From: Torpedo marmorata
Lineage: Eukaryota
DNA: 64,000 bases
Reading direction: 5' to 3'
Assembly (NCBI GenBank): GCA_977017645.1
Contig: OZ360223.1
Span: forward strand, 37,572,001 to 37,636,000
Positions within the stretch are counted from its first letter, which is position 1. The number at the start of each line of letters is the position of its first letter. A model generated the notes under the pieces. The model had not been told where the DNA came from and made no database searches. It saw only the letters and a list, made by a program, of their open reading frames with translations. Made by a program: the position numbers and the translations under genes. Of this stretch, positions 24,990-37,110 are shown one piece after another.

Positions 24990-25362
24990 AAATGGAATTC
25001 AATCCTGACGAATGAGAAGTGATGCATTTTGGGAAGGGTATGGAAAAATGGAGGTAGGTCCTATCTCAAATGGTTTGGCACTGGCAAATGTTGATGAACA
25101 GACAACTCAGGGTCTCAGTCTGCATTTCCCTGAAAATGGTAATACAGGTGGATAGGGTGGTGAAGTAGACTCATGGCATGCTCATCTTCATAGCTTGAGG
25201 TACAGAATCTAAGAATTGGGATGTTAGGTTGCCATTTTACAAAACACTGGCTCAGCTGTATTTCATGTCATGTGTGCAGTTTTGGTCACCACACTATAGT
25301 AATGATGTGATTATGCTGGAGGGAGTGCAGAGGAGATTCAGCAGGATGTTGGCTAGATTGGC
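24990..25362 (+). mobile_element. Degraded CR1 fragment
   Basis: ORF 25229 reads FYKTL..CVQFWSPHY..LEGVQRRF. Confidence 0.7.
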
Positions 25363-26349
25363 AGAGTTAGCTGCCCCTTTGAAATCATGGTCTACCCCAT
25401 TTCTCCCTCAATAGTCTGCATAGCATCTCTCTTATCCCTTCCCCTGAATTCACTGTTATTTTCAATTAAACTCTTGCTCTATTTATCTACCGCCCAGTAT
25501 TTCCTCCAACCAACTTCCAACTAATTCATGTTGGAGCTCTGAGGAAAATTAATTTTCATAACTACTTTTGAACTCCCAAATGTCTGCCCTTTGTCCATCA
25601 ATATCCCACAGTAAAATGTTCCTTTTGATTTGCACAATAACATTCACTTCCACCTGTGAAATACTTACAAAAACATTACCAATTCCATCTTGTTTATTTA
25701 TGCATCTGTTTATTCAAACCCTTAGGGTGATGATCTGAGGATATCAGTAAGAAAACATGTTAATTTGTCCAGAATCTTAAGTAGATGGACGAGCATCCCT
25801 GTGATGCTTCCTTATCAGCTGTCCAAAGGAATGATTAGTGGTGGGATTCCCTGCATCAAGGAACCACGAAGCTGAAATGCCAGTCCACAGTGTGTGGATT
25901 GGAGCTCTCATTTAAGTAATCGCTGCCCATTACTCCAGCTTTATTCTGAGGAAAGAACATATCTTGCACTCCTTTTCAATACACCACATTCTCCGTTATT
26001 TCCTAAAGTGTGCAAGGAGCTCCTAAGTTTGTCACGTGGAGATCTTTGAGCCTTTACCAGTACTTCCACTTATTCACCAGGCCAAAGTTTACCCAGCCTT
26101 TGACCTGAACATGTGTCTGCTCCTTTCTCACCCATCTTCCCTCCTGCTCCATTAACCACATCTCTCTATTCTGATCCAACCCAGTCACCAAACTCTCGTG
26201 CCAGACAATATCGTAAAGGATTCCCGAAGCAACTGTTGCTGTCACCTTGCCTTTGACAGGTGTCATCAGCACCCAGTTCTCCAAACCATTATCTGGAGCC
26301 TCCCATCCCTGCAAATTACCATCTCATCACCATTGCCCTTTTATGGAGT

Positions 26350-26750
26350 CAGTAGTACAGCATAGAAATATGCCCTTTGGTCCACTGCATTGAACTTGAT
26401 CATTATGTCTATCTGTACTTATCCAACTAGCCTCCACTAATCGTATATCCCTGTCTTATTTATTTAATTAGCTGTCCAATGCCTCTTAAATGTGACTTCA
26501 TGCCTCCACCACTTCCTCTGGTAACTCATTCCAGATACCAATCACTCTGTCAAAAATGCACCCCTTGCATCTTCTGTAAATCTCCATCCTCTCACCTTAA
26601 ACCTATGTCCTCTAGTTTTAGACTCTCCTACTATTGGAAACATACTGGCTACCTCCTCTACCTATGTTTCAACTTTGTATGCCTCTATCATCTCAACTTC
26701 CTTCATTTCAGGGAAAACAGACCCAGCCTATCCATTTTTTTTGGTAACTC
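26350..26750 (-). mobile_element. Degraded CR1 3' end
   Basis: Similar to the 3' region of the CR1 copies at 8514-8900 and 52040-52450. Confidence 0.6.
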
Positions 26751-28409
26751 AAGCCCTCCAATCGAGACGATATCCTTTCCGGCTTAATTACATTCTTCCT
26801 ATGTTGCTATTGAACACATCACCTCACAATTCTACTCACCTTTTAATTCAACTACATGTTTAAATCTTTGGTGAGGTCTCTATGCCAACCATCACGTTAA
26901 AACAACCTTCTCCAAAGTCCCATCCAAGCAACAGTGGGCCTTTAATACTGTCAACCACACAATCTCCCAACATCAACTTTATTGTCCAGGTTACTGAGAT
27001 CACTTTTGTTTGCCTATCTAATTTTTGGCTGGATACTTCAAATGATGGCATTTCTTTCCACAGCTCTAAACTTTCTGTTCTGATATTACCCAAAGCTGTC
27101 CTTAATCCCTACAGCTCCTTACCTAACTTTTGCCTCTTGTACAGCTGATGGCAATGACTAGTAGCTTGCCAGTCAGCAGAAGATCTAGCTCATTACTACG
27201 CCAGTGGAATGAAAGAATGATAATGAAGGTGAACATGTGATAGGTGCCGGAAAAGGCTGCCATGACTTATGGTGGAAGCAGATATATTAGTACTGAGAGG
27301 TTTCTAGATAGACACATGAATATGCAGGGAATGGTGGGATGTGTATCATATACAAACAACAGAGATTTAATTTTTTGGCATTAGGTGCAGACAGATGGGC
27401 TGAAGGGTCTGTTCCTGTGTTTTATAGTACAAAGGAGCCCAAAAACTAAATGAAGAGCAGGAAATTATTAGATTAAAGATATGTGAAAAAATGGTAGTCA
27501 TCTGTCTAGGAGATATCCACCACAAATGTTCAAAAGAAAGTGGGGAAGATAAGAATTGTCTGAAGATCTGTGTTCAGGAATTGAAATTCAAAAGTCTTGT
27601 AATTATTGGGCAGCATAATTAGGAGTTAGCGCAACACTATTATAGCACCAGCAATCCAGGTTGGAATCAGGCACGGTCTGTAAGGAGTTTGAACATTCTC
27701 CTCATGACATTAAATCCCCTGGATCTGATGGCCTGGAATGGAGGCCAAGAGACTGCAGATGCTGAAATCTGGAGTAAAAAAACAAAATTGCTGGAAGAAC
27801 TCGGTGGGTCAGGCTGCATCTGTGGAGGGATTAAGATCCTGAATCAAAAATTTCCCAATGATTGATGTCAGGTCAACTGGTCATTTACTTCTTCCTTTCT
27901 GACCCTGTCTTTCTTGAATAGTAATGTTACATTTGTCACACCTCAAATCCAGAATTTTAATTGATATTAATCAATGCATCCACCACATTTGCAACCATGT
28001 TCCCAAATCCTGATTCTGGCTCTCGATTTGAAATGTCAACTATCATTTTGTCTCCACAGATACTGCTTGACCGGTGAAGTTGCTCCAGCAGTTTGTTTGT
28101 AGCTCCAGATTCCAGCTGCTGCAACCTCTTGTCTCCATCTCCCTTAAACTCTTCTATTGTAGGCCATCAGATTCAGGGTATCTGTTGGCCTTTACCCCCA
28201 TTAGGTTGCCTTCTGCAATTTTTTACAACAAGTGTGTTTATGGGTTTTTTTTTCTTACAGCTTCTAACCCCCTGTCCCCAAATAGCACCTCATTTATCGA
28301 TTATTGGGTTTCTGTTTTTCTATCATTTAAACAAATTCAAAATAATTGGAATCTTTCCCATTTTCAAGTTCATTTGATGCTCTACAGCAACCATACTACA
28401 CTGTGAAAA

Positions 28410-29091
28410 TAAAACACGAAAGTCTGCAGACACCGTGGTAGAAGTAAAAACAATGCTGGAGAAGCTCAGCAAGTCAGACAGTGTCCTTTATATAGCAAAG
28501 ATAAAAATACATAACCGACGTTTCGGGCTTGAGCCCTTCATCAAAGTATGGAAAAATGTCGGCAGGTGTCCGAACAAAAAGGTAAAGGGAGGAGGCGTGG
28601 TCCCAAAGTCAGGAGGTAATAGGTGGAGAAAGGAGGGAGGGGACAGCAGCAAACAAGGGGAGGAGGGATGGCTAGATGAATAGAGAGGGAAGGGGGTGGA
28701 GAGCTGAAGGAAAGAAGAGGGGGGAAAAGGAGAGCAGGTTAGCAGAAACCGGAAATATTGATGTTATTGCCATCTGGCTGGAGAGTGCCCAGATAGAAAA
28801 TCACATGTTGTTCCTCCAATTTACGGGTGGTCTTGGTGGGATGGTACACGAGGCCATGGACAGACGTGAGTATGGGAGTGGGACGCAGAACTGAAATGGT
28901 TGGCTACTGGGAGGTCCCTGTCCCTGGTGCTGCAGAACTGAAATAGTTGGCTACTGGGAGGTCCCTGCCCCTGGTGCCACACTTGCACCACTGTCCGGGG
29001 CCCCAAGCAGGCCTTTCAAGCAAAGCAACACTTCACTTATGTATCTGCAGGATTGATTTACTGCATCCGGTGCTCCCTTTGTGGCCTTCTC
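28410..29091. mobile_element. Penelope-like element, left part: inverted pLTR (minus, 28410-~28975) then + strand GIY-YIG start
   Basis: The minus segment matches 1920-2430. The + segment reads GPKQAFQAKQHFTYVSAGLIYCIRCSLCGLL and is cut by the ERV. Confidence 0.85.
28510..28550 (-). ncRNA. Minimal hammerhead ribozyme motif in PLE pLTR
   Basis: Identical to the 2027-2067 motif. Confidence 0.65.
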
Positions 29092-29587
29092 TGTGGAAGA
29101 ATAAGTTTAACGAATATGCTTAACAAAGGTTTAATGAATTAGGTGAGAAAATACAGTAGCTGCCTGTAAGATGGTGGGAATATAATTGCCTTCTAAACAT
29201 GACCTTCTCTGTGCTGTAGTGAGATAGTAACTAACTCCACAAGAATGTCAATACACCTTGAGTAAAGGACACCCTGACATTTCCCAGACGTTTCCAGACA
29301 CCACAGGGGAACATGTTATTGTAAACAGAAAATTGCCAGGTGTGTGAAACTCGTGTGAAACTTGTAAGGGTCTCACGCAGACCCCTGCCCAAAGGTGTAT
29401 AAAAGTACGATGAACACTCCGATGCTTTGAGTGGGGGCTCAGTAAAGAGAACGAGTTACTGAACTCTTCCTTTGTACCCCTTCTCCCGCTAGCGATATCA
29501 AGGTTGAATAAAGTAAACTGTTGTACGCTTAATTGGTTCTGCTGTGTTCTGTTGTTTGTTTTATTACAGTGCAGGCTGACTTTAACA
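29092..29587 (+). repeat. ERV 5' LTR
   Basis: TGTGGA...TTTAACA with TATAAAA at 29398 and AATAAA at 29507; direct repeat of 32835-33303. Confidence 0.95.
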
Positions 29588-29588
29588 T

Positions 29589-29606
29589 TGGCGTAGTTGG
29601 CAGGAT
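29589..29606 (+). promoter_or_regulatory. Primer-binding site complementary to tRNA-Ser 3' end
   Basis: TGGCGTAGTTGGCAGGAT versus the complement of vertebrate tRNA-Ser (..ATCCTGCCGACTACGCCA): 17/18 match, from recall. Confidence 0.85.
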
Positions 29607-29844
29607 CTCACGGGGACAGAAGTCACTTCGGACCGAGTAAGAGGCTATCAGCGCTTGGGACGCCGGAGGGAGGATAAAGAGGCGCCTTCAGATTCATTGT
29701 ATCTGCCTCCCACCTCGTTTTCCGGGAACACTGTGGTCCCTCGTCCGAGGTTGATCTGGTTCCCTGCCGAGATCCAGAAAAGAACCAAGATAGACAAAGC
29801 GAACAGGTCAGTGGAATATAAGGTATAAGGTTTAAGGTTACGTG

Positions 29845-31450
29845 ACTGCAGTGGTTATATGGATAAACGGATACAGGTCACCGCCGTTCAGGTTATGCCA
29901 TTGTCCAGAATACAAATGAGGTAATAGAGGCTGCTGCCTTCCATCATCCATTATCTGCACAGCAATCTGAATTGTTTGCCCTTACCAGAGCCTGCATAAA
30001 GGGAACGGGAATGTCACTTAATATTTATACTGACTCTCGTTATGCCTTCGGTGTGGCACATGATTTTGGAGCCTTATGGCAGCATCGGGGGTTTTTGACA
30101 TCCTCGGAGACACCTATTAGAAACTCCACTTTTGTTGCTAACCTGCTGACTTCCCTCTCCCAACCTACCCACCTCGCGATTATAAAATGCAATGCCCACA
30201 CCAAGGCCCAGGACCCTGTATCCCTTGGGAATGCTTTTGCAGATGCAACTGCAAAAGCTGCTGCTATAAACGGACCCCTCACCGTTTATTCAGAAAGCGA
30301 TAAACTGCTTGTAAATTGAACGGTCTTGCTTGATATGGGGGATGTAGTAAAACTTCAGGGGGACGCCCCTGCTAATTTGATTAAGCTCTGGAAACAGCGG
30401 GGGTGCGCCAAAGATCCAGAATCTCAATTATGGACCACCCCTGCTGGACATGTTTGTGTACCTGATGTATTTTTACCTGTGTTGCTTAACTATATACATA
30501 CTATGACCCACCTTGGCAAGGAGGGAATGGTGAAAGTAGCGCTACAGACATGGTGGCACCCTAATTTAAATGCTGAAGCACAGAAAAAGGCATCTGAGTA
30601 TTATTTGTCAGGAAAATAACCCTGGTAAAGCTTTTAAATGTATGCCGGGTAAGACACAACTGCCTACCGGCCCATTTGAATGCATTCAAATTGATTTTAT
30701 TGAATTACCTGGAGTACATGGCTATAAATATTGTTTGGTGATACTTGATCTTTTTAGTAGATGGATAGAGGCTATACCCACTCAAAACACCACAGCTGAA
30801 ACAACAGTAGGTGTCATTCTGCAAGAAATAATACCAAGGTTCGGGTTACCAACCGTTATCAGCTCTGATAACGGACTGCATTTTACAGCTAAAATAAATG
30901 AAAAGTTGTGCAGACATCTCAGGATTAAGCAGCAGTTTCACTGCGCACATCATCCACAGGCAGCAGGGATGGTAGAAAGGGCAAATGGGACCTTGAAAAA
31001 TAAACTTGCTAAACTAGCTGAGGAGACAGGATTTAATTGGCTAAAGGTACTCTCCCTGGCTCTCTTTGAAAAGAGAATTACACCTCTCAGTGGTACAGGA
31101 TTAACGCCAGCTGAAGTTTTGGGAAACCATTACGTACCCCTTGGAGAGCTGCAAAGAATATAGAAGCTTGATTGGATTTACATGCTCTGAGTGAAAAGGT
31201 GATTAACTATGTTCAGCAACTAACTGAAATTCTTGAGACTTTACATTTACAGCTTCTGAACGCTCAAAGGAAGGAAGTCCAACTGGAAACATCGTTACCT
31301 GGTAACCAGTCCGGTGATTACGTTCTGATAAGGAATTGGGAGCGGAAAAAGTTGGCACCAAGGTGGAAGGGCCCCTTCCAAGTATTACTTACCACACCCA
31401 CGGCAGTAAAGGTTGAGGGGCAACGTCAGTGGATACATCACACTGACTGA
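29845..31450 (+). pseudogene. ERV pol 3' half (RNase H plus integrase), frameshifted
   Basis: ELFALTRAC..NIYTDSRYAFGVAH (RNase H); H..THLG..C zinc-finger remnant; QIDFIEL..SSDNGLHF..GMVERANGTLK (DDE); [22 protein letters not shown] (C-terminal domain). Confidence 0.9.
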
Positions 31451-31478
31451 AAAAAGATTGGCCCTGGAAAAAGACAGC

Positions 31479-32725
31479 ATGACGTATCAGAGGACAGGCG
31501 AGAGCCCCAATCAGGCTCCTGAGTGGCGAAAATGGACAATTGTTGTACTTAAGGGTATTTTGGGCTTTGTTTTGGGCACCCTTGTAATGACTGATGAAGG
31601 AGAAAGAGAAATTCAAATCAGATAGCTAAACGGGAATGGCATGACAATACTTATTTACGCATGTCCTTAATGTATGTTGAAACTATGAATGTGTCCCGCT
31701 GTTGGACCTGTACCCATATACCAACCTATAGTGGGCAAGGGATTCCTATGATAGTAATACCCTTTAACGATATAGAACATCCAGCATGGAGATGTCACTC
31801 TAACTGGACTCTGAGGGTTATACCGGCAAAAATATGTAGACCCGCTAGACATCTGTTTATTAATTGGTATGCCCAAATACAACCTGTCCACACAGCCCCC
31901 GTATTTTATGCTGCACAAGTTCACCAAGGGAGGCACCTGTTTATGTAGGGGAGACGAAAATAGAACTGGAACGGACCACTGCACTAAAGAAAGTAGTCAA
32001 TTTGGCTATTTTACAGGGGAAGCAACCTTAAAAGGTACCTATCTTTGTGATGGACGAAAAGCGTATCCATGGTTACCATACTATTGGCAAGTGTGTTACT
32101 ATTTAACCTATCTTACCCCAGCTATGCAGCATTTTGAGGATATTACTAACCATCCTTTGATTTGGGGCCGAATAAAAAGAGCCATTTCTGAGACTGAAAG
32201 GTTTTTTATGATTCTCTTTCCTAATTACGGTGTTGCTAAGGCAGCCCGAGAATTGATTAACATGACCAGTGCCCAAGAAAAGCTTGCCAATGAAACCGCA
32301 AGGATTGAGGAAAACACACAGACCCAAATTCACAAACACCAATGAAGTAGTGGCCATACGAACAGTGGCCTTACAAAACCGTTTAGCTTTAGATTTACTT
32401 TTAGCAGAAAAAGGTGGAACATGTGCAGTAGTGGGACAAGAATGCTGTACGTATATCCCTGATGCTTCGGAAAATATCACTCATTTAGCAGACCAAATTA
32501 GAGAACGGATACATGAAGTACAAACAATGGGGAGACAATTCCACAATTACAACCCCCCGGGACCATCTTGGTGGCCATTTAGTGGATGGTGGACTACATT
32601 TATCCAGGGATTGTGTCCTGTCCATCATCCTACTGGTGGTGTTGCTTTTGCGATTCTTTTGTTTGATTCATTCATGTCTTAAAGCTAATTTGTTATGTGA
32701 TTATCATGACAGATCATTAGGATAG
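31479..32725 (+). pseudogene. ERV env (gamma-type SU/TM), disrupted
   Basis: Hydrophobic leader, CWTC (CXXC) motif, furin site RIKR, fusion peptide FFMILFPNYGV, ISD LQNRLALDLLLAEKGG, CX6CC (CAVVGQECC) and a hydrophobic anchor; split by stops and frameshifts. Confidence 0.9.
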
Positions 32726-32822
32726 TTTCATTTTGCTTTATTTGCTTTTTTCTTTAATAGTAGGGTATAGATGGGGAAAATAAACCATATTCTAACACTC
32801 ATATTAGTTATCATGGAATGAT

Positions 32823-32834
32823 AAAAGGAGGGAA
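32823..32834 (+). other. Polypurine tract
   Basis: AAAAGGAGGGAA directly before the 3' LTR TG. Confidence 0.9.
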
Positions 32835-33303
32835 TGTGGACGAATAAGTTTAACAAATATTCTTAAAGGGTTAATGAATTCGGTGAGAAAATACAGTAGC
32901 TGCCTGTAAGATGGTGGGAATATAATTGCCTTCTAAACATGACCTTCTCTGTGCTGCAGTGAGATAGTAACTAACTCCACAAGAATGTCAATACACCTTG
33001 AGTAAAGGACACCCTAACATTTCCCAGACATTTCCAAACACCACAGGGGAACATGTTATTGTAAACAGAAAATTGCCAGGTGTGTGAAACTTGTAAGGGT
33101 CTCACGCAGATCCCTGACCAAAGGTGTATAAAAGTACGATGAACACTCCAATGCTTTGAATTAGAGCTCAGTGTAGAGAACGAGTTACTGAACTCTTTGT
33201 ATCCCTTCTCTCACTAGCGATTATCAAGGTTGAATAAAGTAAACTGTTGTACGCTTAATTGGTTCTGCTGTTTGTTTTATTACAGCGCGGGCTGACTTTA
33301 ACA
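32835..33303 (+). repeat. ERV 3' LTR
   Basis: Direct repeat of the 5' LTR with roughly 5% substitutions (counted by eye) and several small indels. Confidence 0.95.
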
Positions 33304-33868
33304 TCTCTACATTAGAGAGACTGGGCGCAGACTGGGAGATCGCTTCGCTGAGCACCTTTGCTCTGTCCGCACCAGTGACAGGGACCTCCCAGTGGCCAAA
33401 CATTTCAGTTCTGCATCCCACTCCCATACTCGCATGTGTGTCCATGGCCTCGTGTACTATTCCACCAAGACCACCTGTAAATTGGAGGAACAACATCTGA
33501 TTTTCCATTTGGGCACTCTCCAGCCAGATGGCATTAACATCGACTTTTCCGGTTTCTGCTAACCTGCTCTCCTTTCCCCCTCCCTTCCTTCCCCCTGTCT
33601 TCTTTCCCTCAGCTCTCCACTCCCTTCCCTCTCTATTCACCTAGTCATCCCTCCTCCCCTGCTTGTTGCTGTGTCCTCCCTCCCTTCTCCACCTATTACC
33701 TCCTGCCTTTGCGACCACGCCTCCCCCTTACCTTTTTATTCGGATGCCTGCTGACATTTTTCCATACCTCGATGAAGGGCTTAAGCCCAAAACGCCGGTT
33801 ATGTATTTTTATCTTTGCTATATAAAGGGCACTGTTTGACCTCCTGAGTTTCTCCAGTTTTGTGTTTG
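33304..33868 (+). mobile_element. Penelope-like element, right part (GIY-YIG end plus pLTR)
   Basis: Resumes with YIRETGRRLGDRFAEHL..KLEEQHLIFHLGTLQPDGIN. A mutated hammerhead motif lies at 33763-33803. Confidence 0.85.
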
Positions 33869-33869
33869 T

Positions 33870-34240
33870 TCTACGCTGTGATGCAGCTGGCCAGAACACT
33901 CTCGGTAATGCTCCTTCAGAAAGTTGACAGAATGTTGGCTGGTAGCCTTGACCTCCTCAGCCTTTTAAGGAAGTGAAGTCGCTGTTGCACCTTCATGACA
34001 AGTGAGGAGATGTTAGGTGTCCAGAATAGGTCACTTCTTCAGTGGACTCCAAGGAACTTGGTGCTCCCCACTCTCTCCACTACCGAGCTATTGATGTGTA
34101 GTGGAGGGTGTCGTCCCTGGTCCTCCTGAAGTCAACAATCATCTCCTTTGTCTTGTCCACGTTGAGACTCGGGTTGTTATTCTTGCACAATTTCATGAGA
34201 TTTTCCACCTCTTCTCTGTATTTTGACTCATTGTTAGTTA
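33870..34240 (-). mobile_element. Rex/Babar-type LINE fragment (second subfamily)
   Basis: Minus strand encodes [20 protein letters not shown] and ITESVLASCITA. Confidence 0.7.
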
Positions 34241-34244
34241 GTGT

Positions 34245-34855
34245 CATTCTTTCATTAGGACTTTTACAACTGTTCTAGTGTTCTCTTTCAGTCGGGTAAG
34301 TTTTAACCGACCGAGAAAACATTTCAACCATAACCAACAAATATTTGAATTGTTTGCTGGCCGGCAGGTGTACGAAATCCATTTGCAACTGCTCAAACAG
34401 CATATCAGGAGCAGGCAGGTGATCAAATTTTCCTGGAGTTCTGCCTTTACTGTGTTGTTGACAGACTACACATGTCCGTACCCTGTCAACCATTACCGAT
34501 ATTCCCAGTAACAGTGCAAACCATCACTGGGTAATATTGTGCAGCATCTCTCCTTTGCCCATATGAGCCTGCAAGTGAACCAGGAGTAAAACGAGTGATC
34601 TGGGGCAAATAGGTAGCTGTTGGGGTGTACCCAGCCCGCAGCACCTTTAGTACACCCCGCACACTGCCAGGAACGCGTCTCCTGTTGGGGTGTACCCAGC
34701 CCGCAGCACCTTTGGTGCACCCAGCACGCTGCCAGGAACGCGTCTCCTGTTGGGGTGTACCCAGCCCGCAGCACCTTTGGTGCACCCAGCACGCTGCCAG
34801 GAACGCCTCTCCTGAAATGTGGCTGCATTCTGGGCTTGCTGTAGTTCAGAAAAAG
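34245..34855 (-). pseudogene. Second ERV pol relic, integrase part
   Basis: ORF 34275-34493 reads CVVCQQH..FEQLQMDFVHLP..KYLLVMVEMFSR. Confidence 0.75.
34617..34814. repeat. 65-bp tandem triplication within the ERV relic
   Basis: tggggtgtacccagcccgcagcacc recurs at 34621, 34686 and 34751. Confidence 0.9.
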
Positions 34856-34859
34856 AAAT

Positions 34860-36212
34860 GGATGGGGCATCAATCATCCTGGTACCCAAGAAGAGTAGTG
34901 TGAGCTGCCTCAACAACCAGTAGCACTAACTTCTACTGTGATGAAATGCTTTGAGAGGCTGGTCATGGCCAGAATTAACACATACCTAAGCAAAGATCTG
35001 GACCCACTGCAATTCACCTATCGTCACAATTGCTCCACAGCAGATGCAATATCGCTGGCTCTCCACTCAGCTCTGGATCACCTCGAAAACAGCAATTCAT
35101 ACATACGGCTGCTCTTCATCGACTGCAGCTAGGCCTTCAATACCATTATTCCCTCAGTGCTGGTCAAGAAGCTACAAACTCTTGGCCTCTGTACCCCCCT
35201 GTGCAAATGGATCCTTGACTTTCTCATCGGAAGACCACAGTCAGTACGAATTGGAAACCACGTCTCGTCCTCACTGATTATCAACACAGGCGCACCCCAA
35301 GGATGCGTGCTTAGTACACTGCTCCGCTCGTTATACACCCATGATTGTATGGCCAGGCACAATTCCAATGCCATCTACAAGTTTGCCGATGACACCGCAG
35401 TTGTTGGCAGAATCACAAACGGCAATGAGGAAGCGTACAGGAGGGAGATAGATCAGCTCGTTGAATGGTGTAACGACAACAACCTTGAACTCAACGTCAG
35501 CAAAACCAAGGAGATGATTGTGGACTTCAGGAGGAAGTCAGGGGAACACGACCCAGTCCTCATCGAGGGCTCAGTCGTGGAGAGGGTCAATAACTTCAAA
35601 TTCCTGGGTGTCAACATCTCCGAGGATCTGTCCTGGAGCCTCCACGTTGATGCAATCACAAAGAAGTCTCGCCAGTGGCTATACTTTGTGAGGTGTCTGA
35701 GGAGATTCGGTATGTCACCGAAGACTCTTGTAAACTTCTACAGGTGTACCGTGGAGAGCATTCTGGCTGGTTGCATCACTGCTTGGTATTGAGATGCCAA
35801 CTCTCAGGACAAGAATAAACTCCAGAGGGTTGTTAACTTTGCCTGTGACATCACAGGCACCAGACTTCACTCCATCGAGGACATCTACGCGAGACGGTGT
35901 CTTAAAAAAGCAGCCTCTGTCCTCAAAGACCCCTATCACCCAGACTATGCCCTCTTCACTCTGCTACCATCAGGAAAAAGGTACAGGAGCCGAAAGTCAG
36001 CACTCAACTGCAAAAGGACAGCTTCTTCCCCATTGCCATCAGATTCCTGAATAATCAATGAACCAAAGACACTGCCTTACTTTTTGTGCACTATTATTTA
36101 TAATTTTTTATAGTAATGTCATAAGATGGTAATAATATGAATGTTTGCACTATGATGCTGCCGCAAAACACCGAATTTCATTACTTGTTCATGACAATAA
36201 ATTCTGATTCTG
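34860..36212 (+). mobile_element. Rex1/Babar-type LINE (RT plus 3' tail)
   Basis: [47 protein letters not shown]; tail ends aataaattctgattctga. Confidence 0.9.
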
Positions 36213-37110
36213 ACAGTTTGGGCCGGTGACTAAAAGGGGCAATTGATGTAAAGTGACTTGCTTGGTGTGATGGTCAGCTAGAGCGTTGCCCATGGAAACG
36301 CGGCAGTTCCTGCTAGTGTGAGCCTCACATTTAATTATAACGACGTGTAGCAGAAGGGGAATGGCATTGAGGAAGTTGTGGACTAATCGGGCATGTTTGA
36401 TGAAGTGGCCTGACGAGGTGACATATCCACGATTTTTCCGTAACTGTCCAAAGTTATGCACTACCTCAAATGTGTAACATGAGTCAGTATACATATTAGT
36501 GGAGCGGTCACAGGCAAGGATGCAAGCGCGCGTCAGGGCAAAAAGTTCAGTCACCTGAGTGGAGGTGCCCTGTGGAAGGGCAAAAGCTTCAACGAGTTCA
36601 AAGGGTGAGACAATTGCATAACTGGCTAGAAGAATATTATCTGCAGGATGACAAGGAACTATCAATGTCGTACACCAGATCAGCATTCTCCAAAGGCTGG
36701 TCCATCATGTCGGGACAAGGAGAGGTAACGTCTTGAATAAAAGGGGTGCAGTCGTGTTCGATATCTCTGATCCCCCTCATTGGTTGGTTCTGGCAGGAAT
36801 GTGGCAAGGTTGATCACTGGAGAACGCTGGAAGGTGTAATTAGGATGCGACAATATGATAACTTCAAAACCAGTCTGCCTTGATGCCGTAAAATGCTGGG
36901 ACGTGGAGGAATTGAGCAGTAACACCATTGCATGTGGTACGTGAAGAACACCAGGGTGGTCCAAGACAATAGGAAAAGTCTTTTCCACTGTTGCTGCTGT
37001 AGCTGCCACAACTTGTAAACTATTATTTGTGGTAAAAACTCTCAATGGGATGGTTGAAGAAAGGCATGTCAGAGAACAAACACCTGTCACAGTGGTATCA
37101 GCATGTTAAA
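36213..37110 (-). pseudogene. Second ERV pol relic, tether/RNase H part
   Basis: ORF 36189-36686 reads STQVTELFALTRAC..YTDS..VHNFGQL..IIKCEAHT..GNALAD; ORF 36680-37090 reads VPHAMVLLL..NLATFLP. Confidence 0.8.

Larger units (their letters stand above)
29092..33303 (+). mobile_element. Endogenous retrovirus (class I, gamma/epsilon-like), deleted for gag-pro-RT
   Basis: Two TG...CA LTRs, TSD TCTC (29088-29091, 33304-33307), PBS, PPT, and RNase H, integrase and env remnants. Confidence 0.95.

Noticed and set aside
34617-34814. Regularly spaced repeats resembling a CRISPR array (also 8250-8390, 18630-18780, 41815-41975)
   Set aside because: Head-to-tail tandem units with no unique spacers, located inside TEs, with no cas genes, in a vertebrate genome.
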